NCBI GenBank assembly: GCA_030704615.1
Contig: CM060733.1
Coordinates: 11,222,001 to 11,286,000 of the forward strand
Source: Takakia lepidozioides
Taxonomy: Eukaryota > Plantae > Bryophyta
Length of the DNA: 64,000 bases
Direction: 5' to 3'
Below the pieces are notes generated by a model. The model had not been told where the DNA came from and made no database searches. It was given only the letters and a program-made list of their open reading frames with translations. Of the stretch, positions 26,755-38,636 are shown in pieces; position 1 is the stretch's first letter, and the number at the start of each line of letters is the position of its first letter. The position numbers were made by a program, and so were the translations under genes.

Positions 26755-27550
26755 CCCCTAAAGGACGAGCTAACTTTTGGGTGTTTTCCCAAAAAGTGGG
26801 CCATATCCTCCATTGCCGAGCTGTAACTTCCTGGCCGCTTACATCCAGCTGGATGACCAGTTCCATTTCACCCCTACCTACTACATGAAGGTCCTCAAAA
26901 AATTGTAGCACTTTTGACTGTTCTATTTAGTAGATTATAACAAAAGAAAATTGGCCAAGTTGAAACCATGAACAAAAAAAGAGAGGAAAAATTGCTTTGA
27001 CCATGCAAGTTTGGTGATTTTACATTTTTTTCTTGAAGAAATGGCCTCCAGAATCCGGATAAGGGGCAACCAACACGTCATCTCCCAGAATCTCAGACCA
27101 AAATGCAAAAAATATGGGGGGGTTGCTTTGTATGTGAAATCTGGGGTAAAAAATCTTGTTTTGGCTTCTTTCCCAAGTACACCCATGAGGTGACATTTGT
27201 TTTCCAATTCCTCTGATAAGTAAGTGCACAGTAACATTTCATGGTGCCTTGTCCAAAATTTTTGGCATTATGATAAATTTTCAGCCCTAGATTGTATCTT
27301 GAAGATTGCCCATTTGACTGCCACGTAGGCAGATGCTCTAACACTGGATTTCATGAAACCCTGGCACTTTGCAAAATTCTAGGGAGCAGACCTTTTATGA
27401 TTTTTTGGCGCTGTAAATTCCCACATGTGCTCCTCTCTGACATGTACAATTCATCTTCAAGGTTCACTTCCATCCAATATCATCCATGGGAACTGGAGCG
27501 TGGCAAGTAATCTGGCGCGACCCGAATCGGGTCGCGTCGTCCTTTAGGAG
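26755..27550. mobile_element. Non-autonomous TIR element, piggyBac-like ends
   Basis: TTAA|CCCCTAAAGGACGA (26751-26768) and TCGTCCTTTAGGAG (27537-27550), a 13/14 inverted match. Subterminal palindrome CGCGACCCGA-A-TCGGGTCGCG (27516-27536). No TTAA on the right. Confidence 0.45.
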
Positions 27551-27699
27551 ACCTTGTTTTGCATAAGAGAACAATTATTTATTTATTTCTTCATAAAGCT
27601 GGGGATAGAGGCCCTGGTAGAACTTATTAATTAAATATTGATGTATGATACTACAAAACTGATCTTTGGATTTACTAATCATTAAAATATCAAAATGCA

Positions 27700-27812
27700 T
27701 GTTGACATACTAACTGAATATTGAAATACTTGTGGAGAACTAATGAGATACTGAAATACTTGCTGAAATAGTAAAATACTGAAATACTGAAATTTGATGT
27801 ACTGAAATATTG
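27700..27812 (+). repeat. Degenerate short tandem repeat (ATACTGAA)n
   Basis: Repeated ATACTGAAAT/TACTGAAA units. Confidence 0.6.
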
Positions 27813-28177
27813 CACTTCACATGCACATCAACAGACAAGGGAAACAGGAACAAGGAAGACTGGGCACTCACATCACCAAAATCTTCATCACCACTGGTGG
27901 CTTACCAGGAATAGTAAAAAGAAAAAAGAAAAGAAACTTCATTAAACTAAGAGAAATGAGATGAAATTAAACTGAGAGATAGAAAGGAAGAATAGGAACA
28001 TCGATTCATATTGTCACTGGAAGATCAAAGAACTTAGGGGATGGAAAACAAGGCAGAAAAGTGGGGGTGCCAACCATCAACAAGAGATTTACGAAAAATT
28101 TGATAAATAGGTAGGAAGCCAAAGGGACCAAACATGTTAGTACATGACAGAGACTCCTTGATCACTATCTATCTTGT

Positions 28178-28356
28178 TGACATTTGGCATACATGTCCAC
28201 GAGGGTATTGTTGAGAATCACATCTGGTACAATTCCAGCTTTCGCGATGCAACCATGCACCTCTTTGCCCTTTTCCAGGGCTACCAGGCTTGCACTTGTA
28301 TTGCAAATGCACACAACGTGATGTGGTTGGGCTTCACCCCTTCCCCCATCCTTTGA
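28178..28356 (-). pseudogene. PLS-PPR repeat fragment paralogous to the 19.5-22.2 kb array
   Basis: The reverse complement reads MGEGVKPNHIT(fs)VCICNTSASLVALEKGKEVHGCIAKAGIVPDVILNNTLVDMYAKC. Confidence 0.85.
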
Positions 28357-28708
28357 TCTTAGACCCCTATCCCTGCCCCTTCAGCTATCACTGCCTCTAC
28401 ACAAAAATCATGCATACATCCTTGTCTTGCAGTTGATAATGACAGACTAGTTTTGTTCTAGGAAACACCCAACTCAGCTTATCACACTAGTTCCTATGCT
28501 GAATTGCGTCTGCTATTCTCTGTAATCTAACAGGCATTCACCTTTTTGCCTTCAGCATAGGATTTCGAGTAGGCGCCCTGAATTCCCATAGATTTATGAA
28601 GATGTTCCAGACAGAAAATACAAACGATTGCGTAAGTAGGGGAATAAACAAGCTATAGTCAGGTGTACCCTCATTTGGGCTTGGCATACAAGGGGAGGAT
28701 AATGTAAC

Positions 28709-29179
28709 CTCAGCCATATCAGCCACTATCAACATATAGCTGTGAAATAGAGCTTCTGCAGCAATGCTGCCCCTGGGAAGCTCTCCACACTGTTTCTCCA
28801 CTTCACGCATAATGGTGCTTACATTTACCTTCTCCCCTACAACAAGCAATACCACATGGTTGTCGGGTCCGTGTTCCGCCTTCATACACATCCAAACAGC
28901 CAATTAGTGTCTTATGTCGTAGATCAACATACATTCAATTCATGCAGCAAAGCAAGGCAGAAAAATTGATTCTAACATCCACACGCTACTATCGCACACC
29001 AAATCCCATGCAAAAACTATACCACCTTTCCATGGCATGAACCACTCATATCACTACTGAACAAAATAGCTGCGACAGGAGAGCAGCAACAACATGCACA
29101 GGGTTGGCATGATTATCCGCAATCACCAAGACTCTAATGGACCAGCAGGCATGTCAATGGACACAATTGCTTCACTGTT
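28709..29179 (-). pseudogene. HISN8: Histidinol dehydrogenase fragment, two exons (29070-29179, 28709-28879)
   Basis: NSEAIVSIDMPAGP(L)E(fs)VLVIADNHANPVHVVAALLSQ | AEHGPDNHVVLLVVGEKVNVSTIMREVEKQCGELPRG...HSYMLIVADMAE carries the HDH signature IDMPAGPSEVLVIAD...SQAEHGPD. It has a 1-bp frameshift and a dead donor (CT instead of GT). Confidence 0.85.
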
Positions 29180-29297
29180 CTGCAGACCCGACATTACAAA
29201 AATATTGAAAATTAGGAATTGTCTTAAGAGTCTGTGTTTTGAGATGAGTGCATAGGTTCTCTGGGGTGGTGGTGGACATAGATATTGCAGCAGCACC

Positions 29298-29610
29298 ATG
29301 AGTCCAAATTCATTCAAGAGGCCAAATTTCAAGCACAATATTACCTATGATTCCATATGGATCAATATACCTACGAGAGAACAACTAAAGGCAGGTCTTG
29401 CACCGGCACAGTTGATAAAATCAGGCACCTCAACCATGACAACAACCTCTGAAAGAGGATCAAGAGAGGGAGTCCACGATGCCTCTTCCGGCAGTTATGG
29501 GCATGTGAAGATGCTCTGTGAGGCAGGCAGACTGAAAGAGGCTCTACAAACTTTAAACCAAGGAGGCATTTCAGCAGATTCAGATACGTATGTCTGTCTC
29601 TTGCTTAAGT
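29298..29610 (+). pseudogene. 5' end (leader and first repeat) of a PPR gene
   Basis: HVKMLCEAGRLKEALQTLNQGGISADSDTYVCLLLK; the DNA is near-identical to 19395-19444. Confidence 0.75.
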
Positions 29611-30002
29611 ACCATTGACTAGGATCAGAAAAGTATTCATTCCACAGCTACTCCTCAACTCTGTTACGTGTTTTTGGATACTTTCCTGTCGTCACGTTGG
29701 CAGTATCATGTCAGAGTCACTCTAAAATATCAAAGATTCACTCAACCAGCTAACTTGCAGAAATAAGTAAAAATAGGATGAAATGTGTTGAAGAATGTAC
29801 CTTCATTAGCTAGTCATTAGCAATGCTTTGATTTTATCAATTGTGCCGCTGCTACTGCGGCTTCCAGTTGACCATCTACCCATGCAGGTTTCTTGCAGCT
29901 ATGGATCCACAGGGAATCATAGGTAATCTTGAGCTTGAAATCCGGCCCTCTTGGATGAATCTAGACCCAAACTGTACCCGTGCTCCTTAAGCTATCCATG
30001 CT
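29610..30002 (-). pseudogene. Second PPR 5' leader, convergent with the first and an inverted paralogue of 17150-17990
   Basis: The minus strand reads MDSLRSTGTVWV*IHPRGPDFKLKITYDSLWI...QLEAAVAAAQLIKS, homologous to RPNFKHNITYDSIWI...QLKAGLAPAQLIKS at 29298 (+). Confidence 0.7.
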
Positions 30003-30916
30003 TTGTACAAATCATGCATACATCCCAAAGCTTCTAGCTCTGCACACTCCCTCTCCCACAGTCCCTCTCCCTCTCCCTAGCCTCGCTAATTCCCTGTTGT
30101 TCGTCTCCTTGACATTCTAGGGTATTGAACGCCACGGATGACGTCTATTCAACGAACTTCATCAGTACAAGGGATTTCATCATCCATTTCGACACGTCAT
30201 TCTGTCCGAAAATAGATTAAACTCTGCATAAAACATCCAAGACTTAGTGCTTATGCCACTTTTTAGTAGTTTCATCCCTCTCCGCAGCCACCTTTTCGTC
30301 CTCCTCTGATGCGATTTTTTTCATTTATAAGGAATTTTTTCATCCAGTCCATCACGACATTCAAAAAAGTCTCTATTTGAGTCTACTAAGAGATTTGACC
30401 CTTCCACCTCTGCGACCTCGCACAACCATCAAACTATATAACTTGTTCTTGAAGAAGTTAAGGTGAGTAATTTTCTTTATTGATGTTTATATTTGTTTTG
30501 TATACATGTGAATGGTTCTACATTTGCCAAATCACATGCTTTCAACTCAACTCATTGTACTCAAATTTATTATGACTTTATTATTCGTCTTTTTTTGGGC
30601 TGCTTCAAGTCTGTAACCAAGATTAAAAAATGTGCTGCACCAAATTAATATTACAGATAAAGTCCAAAAAATATATAATAAATTGTAATAAAAACAGTGT
30701 TTCTCTGGAAAAAAATTATTGTAAATATAGTGAAACATTGAATTATATTTGGAGGTTATGTTTAATGTTGTATACAATCTACTATACATGCCTATTGTAT
30801 TTTAAATGAAACCTTGGAGCGACAGCCTCCTATATACTATATATTATATATCCTTTATTTATGGGTCTTCATTTATGAATATTTTACATGTGTAAGATTC
30901 ACTTATGGGTCTTATC

Positions 30917-31498
30917 CAGTGTTGGGCGGATATAGAGTCATCATGATATCAATAGTAGGATATCAACCCGGCTATCAATGTATCCGGATCCGGATCCGGC
31001 AACTATTTGATATCCGGCTATTATTTATATCCGACGGATACATAAAATGCAGGATCCGGATAGGATCCTACCCGCCGGATATAAAAAGGTTTAATAACCG
31101 GATTGTATCCGGATATGTAGCCAAAATACCAGATCTCAACCGGATACAAGAAAATAAAATAAAATAAGAATTTAAATAATTTAAATTGATTAAATTGATT
31201 AAATTTAAAAAAAATTGCGAGTAAATCTCAATAAAGTTAAATCAGGGCTACAATCCCCCTGTTTAACAAAAAAATTATATTTCATGATTATTTATATCCG
31301 GATTACTCTATAACTGCCGGATATTAAAATCTAAATATCCGGACTTATTTATGTCCGGCAGATTTTTAAAAACTTCCACTATGCATAACCGGCGGATATT
31401 AGAAATGCAAATTATTCTAATATCCGGATCCGCAGGATATATCATTCACTATCCGGACCCGGCGGATATTAAAAAAAACTAAGAACCACCCAACACTG
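30917..31498. mobile_element. hAT-type MITE
   Basis: TIRs CAGTGTTGGGCGG / CCACCCAACACTG; perfect 8-bp TSD GTCTTATC (30909-30916, 31499-31506); many ATCCGG/CCGGAT subterminal motifs. Confidence 0.9.
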
Positions 31499-31856
31499 GT
31501 CTTATCCAATCAAGGTACATTCAAGTTAGCATTTAAGCGGGGGAGGATTATCTGCTTCATGTAGGTGTTATCTAGTGGAGGTATATCAGGATCTTACTCA
31601 TTTGTGGCACCAATGCGTGGTCTCTCCCTTCTAGGGAGGAGCCAAAAAAACAAAACAAAAAAAACAAGAAAACAATCAACAAGAAGAGAATTTACGAGAG
31701 GGATTGAAAGAGTGAAATAGAGAGGTGGCAAGGAGGGAGAAACAGTACTGAAATGGCATTATTACCTTGCTGCGCGCAAGAGCGGGATGAATCGCAAGCA
31801 CAACAATTGCCCGATTTTTATGAGGTGACAGGGATTTAACATCTTGGGGGAGGAGC

Positions 31857-33520
31857 TGTTAAATGTCAGAGGAATCATTCGTCATTTTTAACGGCTGCTA
31901 TGAGCACAAGAAGAACATCATTGAATGATTCTCGAAGCCAAGCCGAGTCGGATGTCAGCTCGTTGGACATGAGAACAAAAAGAAACAAAGATGTCACGCG
32001 TGAAAACAAAAGAAATGTTATATTATTGCAATTCATCAACAGGTGGAGACATCTGTAGCAATCGCCATGTGACAATCCTTGGACATAGACCGGTTGGAGA
32101 GGTTCCTCGAATGGTGAAAGGGCTAGTTGATCAAGAGAAGGTGGAGAAAGAAGACATGGGATTGAGAATCTGAGATAATAAGATGGTGGAGGACCGATGT
32201 GCAGAGAGTCGTGCTGGAATATGCGTCGTTATTAGAGTCATCCATGCAAGTTTGTGCCAGATGTGGGTGGAAATCCTCTTCGAGACACCGCCATCAAGTA
32301 TATGCAAAATCATAACCGGTTTTTCGAAGCATCTTGAGTACGTGTGGACGCTGGTTACAGGCAGTAAGCTACGATCCTCAACATTTGATAATGTGGCTGC
32401 GCCATAGATGAACTGTCACTCTTGATGTTTCAAAAACCTGGTTATGTCCGGTAACCGGCGAGAGGCCACGGGTTACCCCATGCAGCTTCGGCGCTACCAC
32501 GCCTCAGCTATACATGCGGTAACCCGTGGCCTCTCGCCGGTTACCTAATCCATAGTTGCTTATGATTGTCTGAATTTTTTCTATTATGTTTGTTTTCACT
32601 TCACTAACACAATAAGTCGGGTGGCTTGCAAGTGGTCATTTCATTATTTTATTTACAGAGAGAAGACTCCGGCCGAAGTCGACGTAACTACCAGTCACTT
32701 CACCTTGCGGCTACTGCCCCCTTTCGGGGGTGGGCCCTATATTTTATTTACAACAGGAGTTGATGCTTAGCAAATGTTAGTTGTCAGGCGGCGGCCGCAC
32801 CTGCATTGTGCTATGAAGGTCGTTATACGCCTCAACTTCTTGTTGTGAGTAAAATAATGAAATGACCACCTGCAAGCCACCCGACTTATTGTGTTAGTGA
32901 AGTGAAAAACAAACATACTAAAAAAAATTCACACAATCATAAACAACTATGATTTTTGGTACATACTTGATGGCGGTATCTTCAAGAGGATCTCCGCATA
33001 TATCTGGCACAAACTTGTGTGCATCGCACCCATCGAGTTGCATGACATTGTCGATTGCAGTCCAAACAAACTTCAGCAATGGCATTTTCTCACCAAGGTT
33101 AGCTGACCAGATCCGCATAAGCGAGGATTTTATGACAAATGAAAACTGCATTTACTCTGGCTGTCTTGTCATATGAAATCGCAAAAGTCTTTAAACCACT
33201 CGATACCTCTCAACGTGAGAATTATAGATACCGACCTTCCAATTGGGAAACTGCCGACCTTAAAAGCTAGAGAGTGAAGGTGTTGCTGGTAGTGACCACA
33301 GTGGGCACTATGAAGCACATCATTTGTGAATGGCGCAAATCCACCAGATACCACCTGCCTTCAATCCAAATACAAACTATTCAAACATAAGAAGCAGACA
33401 AACAGGTATATATGTAAAATATATATATACCATTGTGTTTTATGAAAAATCTACGTGATAGTCTGAATTTAGATTCATTGTTGCATTTTGGACCAGTGTA
33501 TGTGATGAGATCGTGATACC
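31857..33520 (+). mobile_element. Long LTR-like repeat containing a branched foldback
   Basis: Purine tract GGGGGAGGAG immediately before TGTTA at 31857. Both outer parts are homologous to the PBS-adjacent copy at 25830-26230. Nested inverted repeats at 32247-33017. Confidence 0.45.
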
Positions 33521-34989
33521 CTCCATATAGAGAACCAAGAAGGAGAGCCCGCGCCATAGGGATATAAGTTACTATTGCCTCCCTACATCAGTCAAACAAA
33601 GAAGACTTTGGGAAATCATTTTGTTAATTCAAGGCAAAGGTGATCTTGGCCTTAAGGTCAAAGATGCCTAACTCTCGAATTTCTTTTTAAGGTAGATTTG
33701 TTTCCAATACACCAAGGTCTTATGGGAAGAGTCGATTGAGGTTGCACCCCAAATGTTATTTTGGATTAGGACCTTGAGAATATCAAAGCTTGGACACCAG
33801 ACAATTGTCAAGTACCAAATAAAGTCCAACAATGTTAACACTTAATTGGCAATTAGCTGAGTCCAACTAGCCTAAAAGAAATACTACTCAATTAAATAAA
33901 GTTTTGATCTTTATCATCGAGATACAACAGAGAACCTTTGGGAATTAGAGATATCTGATCCAAATTGGTGCCTCACCTAAACACTCCTCTGTAGGGGGTC
34001 GTTAGGATTCACATACACAACTTGAATCAAAACAAAATAAGATTTCTCCCTTTAAAGCCACAATCTCATACATTTGCTATTCCCCCAACGATACAGTTAA
34101 AAACACATGATCAATGTTGAACCCAATAACATCATACTTGTACATACCACTAAATTATATACTCAGGTGTATATAAGTATTGTGTGGGCTCACCTTTTAT
34201 GACTACTCGTCCGAGTACATGTATTTTTTTATTTTTTTAATAATATCCCTAATTCTAGATCATATCGATAGATTATTAGTTTTATAATGGTAGTGGGGGA
34301 GGGCAGCATGACACAGATAGACAACCCCCGTTAATGTTATAGAGATTCATATATTACCAAAGGTAAACTCGCAAATCAATTTCTATATTGAAAACGGAAC
34401 TTATTATTTTGTAGTTTTGAATCGTAAATAGCTTTGAATCAAATGATGATGTGACTCATTTTATTCAATGGCAATGTGATGAGGGTTGGACGCAGTTTGA
34501 AAATTGAGACAATCTAGTGGTTTATCATCCTCGATCATCGCGAAAGAGGGGTGACCTAGTAATAATAATATATGATATTGTCCGAAGAAAGTGTAATTAA
34601 TTATGGTGTCTCTTCACCCGAAGGGCTACTGCCTTACACGCCATGGAGGCAAATTCCACAACCCAGGGAAGGGGGAGAAGAGAATACCACACCTGTCAAG
34701 TAGCAAGATTTGACCCCATAATCATCTGGGTGGCACTCAGTGCACTTAAGCAATTGAGCTACTGCCTTTCCAGTAAGAAGATGGACACCTTTGTGACACC
34801 AATTGGTGGATTGAACCCACAATCACTTCCAAGCTGGTGGTATATGCCCATTACCATTGGGGTGCTACAACTTGGTTGTCTGGTCTAGTAATTGTCATTG
34901 ATATTCATGGCAAAGATAAGTTTTTTGTCCCAAAATTCCTAAAAGCATGTGTTGCATGGAGGTGATGGACGTTTATATTGGAGATTGTC

Positions 34990-35585
34990 CATTGTCTCAT
35001 TTTGAGCGATTCAATAAGACCATGTGTTCCATGATGGAGAAGAATGAGTCTCTGTTGGGTGATTGGGATGTGGCTCTTCTAGTTTTGATTTTCGCTTATC
35101 GGACTTCAATTCACGCAAGTCTTGGGTATACTCCCTTTGAGCTAGTATATGGCAGACTTGCTCGCAACCCTTTGCATGACACTCCACTGATTCCTGTCAG
35201 TACTGGCCCTGTTGATTGGGATGCATTCTTGGTTGAGATGAGTACTAAGAGGCAAAAATTACTATCCTCTACCAAAACCAACATAGCTAAAGCTCAGGTG
35301 ATTCAGGCTCGCAATTATAACTGGCATGTGTGCTATTCTGAAGAATTTCTGCTCGGTCAATCTATGTGTGTGCGGCTTCAGCAAGGGAAGATCATTTCCA
35401 AGGCTTCCAAGCGTATCGAGGGCCCATATCTTATTACGGAAGTCTTGCGGGGGAGACAATATAGGCTGCTCCCTCAACATCCCTCTGTTCCTCCTCTTTC
35501 TCACACTGTCCACCTTGATTCTCTTGTGCATTGCAAACTAGTTTTTGATCTCACTTGTATTAATGTAGAGGGTCGTGTTGTCTAA
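34990..35585 (+). mobile_element. Ty3/Gypsy integrase C-terminal fragment
   Basis: ERFNKTM...DWDVALLVLIFAYRTSIHASLGYTPFELVYGR...EGPYLI (integrase core and GPY/F). Confidence 0.85.
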
Positions 35586-36000
35586 CCCCTGGCCGTGCTG
35601 CATGAGTGCAGATCATGAGTTCCTGTTTTCTGTTTTTTTTAACTTGGCTATGTGCAGTGGTGGAGCTGCATCAAATTTGTTTGGCTTGGCTTGGCTTGAC
35701 TTCACCAGCTAGCTTTAGTCTTTTCAAATAGACATCTGATTGTGAGAGAGATGAGAGCTATAGAACTGCTCTTATGAGCTTGCATCAATTGTATGGTTTG
35801 GGGTTTTTCTTGTTGGGGGTTTTATCCTTCACCCACTTTGCAGGCTAAGGTTTTCCCCCAGAGGTTTTTTCATCCCTCTCCTATCGAATGCCTAGTCTTT
35901 CTTTTTGAAATTAATTTTTTTGGCTCGGTGGGCCTTGCTTTGGTACAATTGCCGAAGCTCGTTGGAGCTCACTCCTCTTGGCGTGGGCGGGTCTTACATA

Positions 36001-36489
36001 TGTAAGATGGAGTATTCCACCTATTGCAGATGCTCTTCTAATCGTAAGCTGGATGAAAAGTAGGGTGGTTGGTATGGCTGATTAAATGTGCCTAAAGTTA
36101 GCCAAGGCCCTTGTCTCATTCCAACAGTAACCTAATCTGGCTGGGTGGCTGCTGATGTGTGGGAGAAACTTAAAGAAATCCTGGCAGCCAATAAGAGGCC
36201 ACCATTTGTCATTCCAGATTAGCCCTTTCCTTAATATAAAAAGCGGCTGGCTTATGCCAAACGCGGGATGTTTTGGGTGATCATCACAGTGTACTTGGAT
36301 GAGCCTGGCGTTTGGATGTTTTGCACTTGATGCCCCTGCATGTGATTTGATTGGCCCACCTGTGAGGCTCCTCTAACAAGAGATCCTTCCCATCTAGCTT
36401 GGCGTGCTTTACTGGCTACTTCCCCGCTTTAGCGCCCAAACTCTCAGAGGAGAAGAGAATATCCCCCAGGTAGAGAAATTGGTCTTACA
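36001..36489 (+). mobile_element. LTR (solo, or the 3' LTR of the upstream integrase fragment)
   Basis: TGTAAGA...TCTTACA inverted ends; flanks ACATA / ACATG (4/5, TSD-like); internal TATAAA. Confidence 0.55.
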
Positions 36490-36788
36490 ACATGCACCAC
36501 AGTTTCTACAGGGAGGACATACATATCTTCAAGTTCATGAGATTGCATGCACTGTTCATTTCTGAACAACTACACAAATTCATGTCAATCTAGCATTTCA
36601 GAAAGTTGGGGAAATTAAAGGCTATTTGTGTATATCCTGAAAATTATATTAAGGACACCACTAGGCCGAGCTTGGCCTTGAGCAGGCTTGTGTGAGCACA
36701 GCAGCACATTCCAGATATGCCCAGAATAAACTAAGCATATACTAATGTGAAACTTGAATGTGCTCTCGTGGGGAAAATGGTGAAGATT

Positions 36789-37030
36789 TTTTTTTTTTTT
36801 TTTTTTTTTTGAAATGCCAAAAGTCTTTGAAATATGTGCTCACATGAGCACAAGCCATGCCATGATTAGATGGACACATTGGCTAACCTTGGAGGTGTGG
36901 TCAGGTGTCGCGTTCATGGTGGGTATTTGAGCATAGTGGGCAGTATGGGGATGGGAAGAGATATGGCCAGAAAATGTGTTTACGCTGGTGGCCCATGTAT
37001 TGGGCGTACCTGAATTTGAGTGTTTGTCGG
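36789..37030 (-). mobile_element. Non-LTR retrotransposon C-terminal fragment with poly(A)
   Basis: Minus-strand RQTLKFRYAQYMGHQRKHIFWPYLFPSPYCPLCSNTHHERDT*PHL resembles a post-RT CCHC finger region; a T22 run at 36789-36810 is poly(A) on the minus strand. Confidence 0.45.
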
Positions 37031-38165
37031 CTTTGAGTTGATGCTGAGGGCTGCAAGAAGGTCCGGGGATCCAACGAAGATGGCAAAGGCAGTGAATAGG
37101 TGCACAATGGGCTCGCCTCTCCAATCAAGGGAGCCCCATCTGGAAGGAGAGGAAAGATTCGGGACTTGCAAACGCAAGCTAAATACACCTCCAGGATCAG
37201 ATGGGGATTCACATCGCCATGACAGAGACAACTTCTCTGTACCCAAGATTTCTCCACTACAAAGCATGGCGTCCAGTAGGAAAGAGGTTGCTGGTGCTTC
37301 CTCTTCCACAGAGCTACCTGCAACCCCTGTAATTGCAGGTTTCCAGCAGGACCACAGGGGGGCAGTGCAGGAGTCACCTTGTGCTGACTCCGAATGGCAC
37401 ATCGAGCGAACTACTCCAGGGTCTAGAGTTGGCTACGCTGTAGTGAGGGCCATTAGTTATGAAAAGTGTAAGTCCAGGATAGCCAAAGGCTCGGCAGGTA
37501 CTCCAGCTCCGACGTTCACAGGTTTGATTCGGCCATATATGTCAAAGGAGTCGAAAATGCACAAATTCTGGTTCTGCCCAGACAATATGGTTCGCTGTGT
37601 GAATGGTACCGTCCGTGACTCTTGCATTGCTAAGCCTCCCCCACCAACCATTTGGCCAGTGCGGGTGGGAACCTCCCTAACAGCACTGAAGATTGGCAAG
37701 TTGGAGGACGCCAGCTTTCGTCTGCACCGATCTGTGGCGTCGACTCTTGGTGGCCTTGCTGCTATGGTGCCTCCTCCAGACGATACTTTGCATCCCACGA
37801 GAAGGAATGGCAAAACAGTGCATCGGGTGGCTTCGGGGCCTGATCACGATGCGAAGGTGGAATCAGCCAAACTACTTCAGGCTTGGGTAACAGAAAGTAT
37901 GGAAGTACCTTCATGGGTTTATACTTTGGTCACATCTGGGTCTGTTTTGCACGACATGGCCTATCAGGTGACGGTGGGAAATTTTCCAGGGTGTACCTGT
38001 CCTGACTTCGTGTGCATGCGTGAGGAAGCTCTAGGAAAGAGAGGGAAATGGATTCCCTGCAAGCATCTTTACTACATCTTTTTGCACAGGATGAATTGTG
38101 ATCCCAAAAGAGACCAAATCATTCACCAGGCGACACTTTTGCAGCGAGACATTAACAATATCGAG
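37031..38165 (+). mobile_element. MULE/SWIM transposase copy A, 3' third only
   Basis: ELMLRAARRSGDP...HLEGEERFGTCKRKLNTPPGSD...HKFWFC...SWIM finger CTCPDF...IPCKHLY; closely paralogous to 61323-62510. Confidence 0.85.
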
Positions 38166-38636
38166 TTGTGTTGCATATGTTGCGATTTTTCGCAATGTCG
38201 GAAAGGGTTGCCTTGTTGGTAGAACATGTATACACAACTCTTAAAACTGGACAAGCAGACGATGTCTCGTTTTGAAAGGTAGTTTATTTTTTCATCGGGT
38301 TTGGGTAACGAGCCTCTAAAATTGAGTGCGTCAACGCACACCACTTCTGCCCCCACCCCCAATATTTCCCCGGGCAAAAACCAAAAACCAAAAAAAAAAA
38401 AAACAAAAAAACAAAAAAACTTTGTTTTGTTCGCGGGCCTGCCAAACATGGACAAGTGTCAGTATGAAAGCTCATTTTATTTTTTGACGGCCTCTACATA
38501 AGCATTGCGTAAATGAGCTTCATAATGACCATCTGTTTTTTTTTCCACTTCATGTGGAATAACAGGCACCTGAACAAGTTTCACAATGACAGCTCATTTG
38601 TTTTCCACGTCCTCTATACAAACAAACCCTAAATAG

